Source: an uncultured delta proteobacterium
Lineage (GTDB): Bacteria; Desulfobacterota; Desulfobacteria; Desulfobacterales; JAHEIW01
Reading direction: 5' to 3'
Length of the DNA stretch: 64,000 nt
Assembly (NCBI GenBank): GCA_963706575.1
Contig: CAVPNL010000015.1
Location: forward strand, 416,001-480,000
This document shows positions 58,711 through 64,000 of this stretch, one piece after another; position 1 is the first letter of the stretch; the number at the start of each line of letters is the position of its first letter. The notes beneath the pieces are model-generated. The model did no database searches, was not told where the DNA came from, and worked only from the letters and a program-made list of their open reading frames with translations. Position numbers and translations under genes: made by a program.

Positions 58711-59512
58711 TTAACGGAGATCCTTAATCCAGGATGGATTTTTAAACCAGTGATCACTTCAGCTGTCGTAACTGGCCGCTGCCATCGAGCATTTTCATGT
58801 AGTTGTTCAGCCAGTTTATTAACAAGGTGTCTTCTTTGACGGCGATCCCCAGGGGCTCAAAGGTGAGGCGCGACTGTCCGGCAACCAGCCCTTTTTCCTG
58901 ATAACGGAATGCCGTAAAGGCACAGAACGGATAGTCGGCGATCAGCGCATCAATTTTATCCTCAAACAATAGGCCCAGGGCTTCATCGTAGGATTTGGCG
59001 GTCACCAGCTTGGCCTGGGGGGCGGTCTTCTCAACAAATGACTGGCTGGTAGAGGCTTTAAGGGCGGCCAGTTTAAATTGCGGATCATTTAGACTTTCAG
59101 CGGCCTGCAGGGTGGCAATCGTCTGTGTTTTGGTCAGCATACCCTTGCCGGAAATGTAATAGGGACCGATGAAGGCTACTTTCAGATTGCGCTCCGGCGT
59201 CATGGTCATGCTGGACAAAATCATGTCAATTTTATCGGCATGCAGGGCCGGGAGCAGTTCCGCAAACGGCATGGTTTCAAAGTGCACTTTTACGCCCATG
59301 CCGAGGGCGATTCGTTTGGCGATATCGGCATCCAGACCGATAATTTTACCATCTTTGGTGGTAGCGTTCAGGGGCGGTTGCGTGCCGGTCGTACCGACGA
59401 CCAGTTCACCTTTTTTCAAAATGCGGTCCAGTATACTTCCCGCCGGTGCACTGGCAACAAACGCCAGTAGCAGCAGCGATACAAGTGTGGCAATAAATAT
59501 GGTCTTTCTCAT
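58711..59512 (-). CDS. Amino-acid ABC transporter substrate-binding protein (family 3); 1-nt frameshift near the 3' end
   Basis: ILKKGELVVG, GLDADIA, SSMTMTPER and EPLGIAV motifs. The ORF stops at 58754 but DHWFKNPSWIKDLR* continues in the shifted frame to 58711. Confidence 0.85.
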
Positions 59513-59582
59513 CGATGTTCTCCTCTGTTTAAGGTTTGATGTGGATCGTCAAGATAGTTGAAATTCTTCGGTGATGCAAGAA

Positions 59583-60107
59583 CTAATCTTCAAGATGAAA
59601 GCGGCTCAGATAATCTTCAAGTCTGCGCCTGGCTTCCTTTGACAGTTCGGGGCAGTCCGGGGCGGCTTTGACACCCTGCGCCAGGCGGGTGGCAAAGACC
59701 AGGCAGGTGGGCGCGTTGCATTTTCGGCAGTTGGTTCTGGGCAGCCATCTGAGGATCTCAAGGATGCCGGGCCTCGGAAATCCTTCAAAGCGAGGCTCAA
59801 TTTCGTAGCGCTTTTCCCAGGCCGTGTTGATCTCTACCATCAGCCAGCGCAAGATCTTTTCAGCTTCATCCTTATCCTTAAGGGCGTTAATGGCAATCTT
59901 GCGCGGATGAAGTGTAATCAAGCGTCCCCGGGATTTAAGAATTAAGGCCGGCGGATCTTTTAAATAGTCAAATCCGCCCAGTTGGGAATTGAGGTAAGGC
60001 AATACATCGGAGATATCCTGCTCCAGGTGCGCAATGCAGTGCAGCGACTCGAATTCCGGATTCTGCTCCGGCCTGAAAATTTCAGTTTTGTATCCCTTTA
60101 GCAGCAT
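59583..60107 (-). CDS. (Fe-S)-binding protein with C-terminal putative FeS domain
   Basis: LPRTNCRKC...TCLVFA...CPEL. Confidence 0.85.
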   Translation of the reverse strand: MLLKGYKTEIFRPEQNPEFESLHCIAHLEQDISDVLPYLNSQLGGFDYLKDPPALILKSRGRLITLHPRKIAINALKDKDEAEKILRWLMVEINTAWEKRYEIEPRFEGFPRPGILEILRWLPRTNCRKCNAPTCLVFATRLAQGVKAAPDCPELSKEARRRLEDYLSRFHLED

Positions 60108-60368
60108 TGCCGACCTTCCATCAGCATTTCATTTATTTTTACAATAAATGCCCTCCCGGTAAATATCAAAGCGGCATCGGCAGGTCAAACACTTCACGAA
60201 CCCGGGCATTGTCTATCATCCTAAAAGCCTTGACCATTGCAAAGATGCCATGATATTAAGCAGTTAATGCCAGAAAAATGCGAACCCCATTAAGGGATTG
60301 TCATGAATCCAAAAAATACAGCCCCGTTATTCAGATAGAAAGGCGGGGTTCTGTGTTTAAGGGCGCTT

Positions 60369-60566
60369 ATGAACACGCTATCGTTGGATATGGTGTTTAA
60401 GCTCTTAGGAACCCAGAACATACCGGGTTCCCTAAAAGAATTGGAAATTCTGTGTATCCGGGTTTCAGAACTGGTCGAACTCAATGGTGAGGAGTGGATC
60501 CGTGAAAACCGGCAGAAGCTGATCGACGAATGGTACTATATTGTGCGTCAGGGAATCATCCACTAG
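60369..60566 (+). CDS. Small hypothetical protein
   Basis: Plausible helical ORF with RBS-like AAGGG. Confidence 0.55.
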   Translation: MNTLSLDMVFKLLGTQNIPGSLKELEILCIRVSELVELNGEEWIRENRQKLIDEWYYIVRQGIIH

Positions 60567-60627
60567 AAGCCTTCTTAAAATTAGCAGTTCTTCTTGGAAG
60601 ATAGAGAAAAAAAGTTCCAAGGGTGCT

Positions 60628-60765
60628 CTAAAATTAGAAGTGCCTAAAATGACTAAAATGAGCTAAAATGCCTAAAGTTAAGGTTTCGCTCGCGCTCCAT
60701 CTTTATTTAATATAATAAAATTCCTCAACTTTAGGCATTTTAGCTCATTTTAAATTTTAGTGCAT
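60628..60765. repeat. Inverted 9-10-mer repeat element (CTAAAATG/CATTTTAG)
   Basis: tgcctaaaatgactaaaatgagctaaaatgcctaaagtt ... aactttaggcattttagctcatttt. Confidence 0.75.
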
Positions 60766-60868
60766 TTGTTGTTATAAGCACCTTTTTTTAGGTTTTAAAC
60801 TTTTGCATCCGATGTTAAATGATGCATTTTTGAGATAGGTTCTAATCAGGGAATCAGGGAGGTGCCAG

Positions 60869-61606
60869 ATGGTTAAACAAATTCTCTTTATTGGTTTGCT
60901 ATGCATATCACTGGAAACAGCAGGGTTCGCCGGAAACAATTTTGAGACCGATGTGGTTAAAACCGCCGGAGGCAAGTTGGAAATCACATTCATCGGCCAC
61001 GGTACCCTGATGTTTAGCTTTGGCGGTAAAATTATCCATGTTGACCCATTTTCACGCCTGGCAGATTATTCAAAGCTGCCGCAGGCCGACTTGATTCTTT
61101 TAACGCATGAACACCGTGACCATCTCGACTTGAAAGCGCTGGACAACCTGCGAGCAGACAAAACCAAAATCATTCTAACAGAAAATTGCGCCCAACAGGT
61201 TAAAGGCGGGATTATTATGCAAAACGGTGATGTGAAGACGGTTGATGGGTTGAAAATAGAGGCCGTGCCGGCTTATAATCTCGTACACATGCGCAGTGAG
61301 GGGGTTCCTTTTCACCCAAAAGGCAATGGAAACGGTTATGTGATCACTTTTGGTGATAAAAGAATCTATGTGGCAGGCGATACCGAGAACATTCCTGAAA
61401 TGAAACAACTTATAGACATTGACTATGCGTTTTTACCGATGAACCTGCCCTACACCATGACACCTGAAATGGTGGCCGACGCCGCAAGGGCATTTAAGCC
61501 CAAAGTCCTGTACCCGTATCATTACGGCAAAACAGATCCGTCAAAGTTAGTTGAATTAATGAAGGATACGCCGCAAGTCGAAATCCGCATCCGCAAGATG
61601 GAGTAG
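60869..61606 (+). CDS. MBL-fold metallo-hydrolase with signal peptide
   Basis: GHGT, VDP, THEHRDH, YVAGDT and PYHYG motifs. Confidence 0.88.
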   Translation: MVKQILFIGLLCISLETAGFAGNNFETDVVKTAGGKLEITFIGHGTLMFSFGGKIIHVDPFSRLADYSKLPQADLILLTHEHRDHLDLKALDNLRADKTKIILTENCAQQVKGGIIMQNGDVKTVDGLKIEAVPAYNLVHMRSEGVPFHPKGNGNGYVITFGDKRIYVAGDTENIPEMKQLIDIDYAFLPMNLPYTMTPEMVADAARAFKPKVLYPYHYGKTDPSKLVELMKDTPQVEIRIRKME

Positions 61607-61772
61607 CTAAGAGAATCAATCCCGAATTGATCATAATTAAAATGAGAAACAGAGGTAGGATAACGGTTTGGCAGGTATCCTTGATTTTTAGCGGAAAATA
61701 GATAACTTTAATAATACACACCGGAATGTGGTTTGTAGAACCCATCTCAAAAATATTCGAGAGGAGACGGAA

Positions 61773-62921
61773 ATGAGCAAATTGTTCGAACCGGGTGAAA
61801 TTAACGGTATGAAACTGAATAATCGATTTGTGCGCTCGGCAACCTGGGAGGGAATGGCGGCCGATGACGGATCTTGCACGCCTAAACTCATAAGCCTGAT
61901 GGCAGAGCTCGCCAGAGGAGGTGTGGGTTTGATCATCAGCAGTCATTCGTATGTGCAAAAAATCGGGCAGGCCAGCTTCAGGCAGATCGGAATCCATAGC
62001 GACGATATGATTCCCGGGCTAAAAAAGATGACCGCTGCGGTCCACGACCAGCGCGGCAAAATCGTCTGCCAGCTGGCCCATGCCGGTTTTTTTGCCAATA
62101 CCAAATTGTCCGGCCAAACGCCGATGGCCCCATCCAGCGTGGAAGGCATCGCTGAAGGTCCCCGCAAGGAAATGACTCAAGAAGATATTGCGGGGGTTAT
62201 TAAAGCGTTTGCAAGCGCAGCCGGCAGGGCGAAAAGCGCCGGCTTTGACGGTGTTCAAATTCATGGCGCCCACGGTTATCTATTGAGCCAATTTATCTCT
62301 CCCATGTTCAATCATCGCACCGATGAATACGGCGGCTCCATCGAAAATCGCGCCAGACTGCCGCTTGCGGTGCTGCAGGCCATTCGGGAGGCCGTCGGAG
62401 CCGATTATCCGATTTTAATCAAAATAAATTGCAGGGAATTTGTCGACGAAGGGATTCAGCCGGTGGAATTCGTTCAGGTGGGTAAGATGCTGGCAGATGC
62501 CGGCATTGATGCCATTGAAGTCAGCGGTGGTCTTCCGACCAGCCCCAAGGTAAAAGCCAGCCAGTTAGGCATCAACAAAGAAGAAAAAGAAGCCTACTTT
62601 CAGGAAGAAGCCAGGGCACTCAGGAAACAAACCGACGTCACACTCATTCTGGTGGGCGGCAATCGCTCCTTTCATGTTGTTGACCGCCTGGTCGCTGAAG
62701 GCGTGGCTGACTATATTTCCATGAGCCGACCGCTGATCCGCGAGCCCCATTTGATCAATCGCTGGAAAGCCGGGGATCTGACCAAATCGGCCTGCGTGTC
62801 GGACAACATGTGTTTTCAGCCGGCAATTGAAGGCAAGGGAATCTACTGCGTCACCGAAAAAAGAGAAAGCTCAAAAGAAATTAATTGCCCAGCCGTGAAA
62901 CTTGCGGGCACTCACAATTAG
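61773..62921 (+). CDS. NADH:flavin oxidoreductase (Old Yellow Enzyme family)
   Basis: NRFVRSATWE, QLAHAG, GFDGVQIHGAHGYLLSQF and RPLIREP motifs. Confidence 0.93.
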   Translation: MSKLFEPGEINGMKLNNRFVRSATWEGMAADDGSCTPKLISLMAELARGGVGLIISSHSYVQKIGQASFRQIGIHSDDMIPGLKKMTAAVHDQRGKIVCQLAHAGFFANTKLSGQTPMAPSSVEGIAEGPRKEMTQEDIAGVIKAFASAAGRAKSAGFDGVQIHGAHGYLLSQFISPMFNHRTDEYGGSIENRARLPLAVLQAIREAVGADYPILIKINCREFVDEGIQPVEFVQVGKMLADAGIDAIEVSGGLPTSPKVKASQLGINKEEKEAYFQEEARALRKQTDVTLILVGGNRSFHVVDRLVAEGVADYISMSRPLIREPHLINRWKAGDLTKSACVSDNMCFQPAIEGKGIYCVTEKRESSKEINCPAVKLAGTHN

Positions 62922-63111
62922 CCAGCAGACCTTCGTCTGTGTGTGGAGGCGAGAAAATAGTCGAAATTTGGGTCTGTGGCTAAAAACATTATTCTTCTCA
63001 TCAACGCCTCATCAGCACTTCCAAGTGATTTTTGACCTATCCTTGATTTTAGGTTAACATTAAAGTTTATAATTCAATGTATATCCAACAGACCGATTTG
63101 CGCTTTAAGGA

Positions 63112-63609
63112 TTGGTACTTTTTAAAATGCACCTTTTGGCTCGACATATAAAATTCTGGGCAATCGCCCTCTGCTTTTTGATGGGTCTCATCCTGGTGCT
63201 GGGTAATGTGCCCGTTGCAACCGCCGATCAAACCCAAGAACAAAAAGCCAGGCAAAAGATGCTCAATTTGGAGGCAGCCAATGCCCTCTGGCGCTTAAAA
63301 AGAGCGCTGGAAAAAGACGGTTTTTACAGCGGGCGGGTCAGGCTCAATGTCTGGCGGGCGGCTGCCATCGACGCCGGTAAATTCGACCCGAAAAAGTATG
63401 AAGAATTTAAACTGCAGCTCTATGAAAAATCCCTGAATGATTCTTTGAAGTGCTTCGAATATTATATCGAACAGAACAGCCACCACGACGCCAATATGTG
63501 CCTGCAAACCTGGAAGATGCGCGCCAAAGAAATCGACCGGTTCGATGAACCCACCTACCAGGAGCTTGTCAAACAGCTCAACAGTTTAAAGGAAAAGCAA
63601 TCCGAATAA
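63112..63609 (+). CDS. Hypothetical exported protein (start uncertain)
   Basis: Signal-peptide-like N-terminus followed by a helical domain. Confidence 0.65.
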   Translation: MVLFKMHLLARHIKFWAIALCFLMGLILVLGNVPVATADQTQEQKARQKMLNLEAANALWRLKRALEKDGFYSGRVRLNVWRAAAIDAGKFDPKKYEEFKLQLYEKSLNDSLKCFEYYIEQNSHHDANMCLQTWKMRAKEIDRFDEPTYQELVKQLNSLKEKQSE

Positions 63610-63791
63610 CATTTATTTGACAATGCCGGCTGCTTTTTAGTATTTTATACCCTGCCTATTTCTCTTCCATTCATTTATTTTATACCCGAAAACAATATGT
63701 GATGCCTCGTTGCTGCTCCGAAAGCGCTTAACGCAACATGCTGCTCCATTGGCGGTAATGTGTCTATCGATATCGTAGGGAGGACTGCGCC

Positions 63792-64000
63792 ATGCGAAAT
63801 AAAAAAGCCGGTTTCATCATTGGTTTTCTATTACTTGCCCTTTTAGGGGCGCTGCTGTCATGCGCCACCGATAAGGCCCCTCTGCAGGTCGAAAACAGCC
63901 TTCCGCAAAGCGAGCTTGAATATTATAATGACGCTTTTGATAAAATGCGCGAAGATCTCTGGGACAGGGCCGGGTATTTGTATCGCGAAGAGCAGGTAAA
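63792..64000 (+). CDS. Hypothetical lipoprotein, truncated by window end
   Basis: RBS GGAGG; MRNKKAGFIIGFLLLALLGALLSC lipobox; open to the end of the window. Confidence 0.7.
   Translation, partial: MRNKKAGFIIGFLLLALLGALLSCATDKAPLQVENSLPQSELEYYNDAFDKMREDLWDRAGYLYREEQV

Noticed and set aside
58754..58756. Selenocysteine TGA
   Set aside because: The conserved tail is in another frame, so a frameshift explains it.

Overview
A 64-kb chromosomal-looking window from an anaerobic bacterium. The gene content and dispersed repeats suggest a Desulfobacterales-like deltaproteobacterium (inference). I saw no rRNA, tRNA, CRISPR array, integrase or transposase. Main contents: (i) a four-gene TPAT/TRAP transporter (tatT-dctP-dctQ-dctM) whose promoter carries an NrdR-like box; (ii) a large STAND-type class III nucleotide cyclase with non-canonical base-specifying residues; (iii) an orphan plasmid-Rep (TrfA/RepC)-like gene; (iv) a small GC-richer islet with an AbiEi-like/Fic fusion preceded by 24-bp tandem repeats; (v) a signalling patch with PilZ, cNMP-PilZ, two GAF-only proteins, a receiver domain and a CoA-transferase-GNAT fusion. 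The best candidate for an undescribed system is (vi), a ~15.5-kb divergent catabolic locus. It combines a SucCD/ACL-like CoA ligase, CitE-like lyase, ferredoxin, GntR, a complete succinate-dehydrogenase-like complex, VOC protein, MmgE/PrpD protein and MFS, facing a lipoprotein-TAXI-DUF1850-TRAP uptake operon. It resembles a rewired C5-dicarboxylate (methylsuccinate/citramalate-type) pathway. Several pseudogene scars, a frameshift, an in-frame deletion, MITE-like elements and many REP-like or short-unit repeats are also visible. All product calls come from motif recognition by eye; no database search was run.
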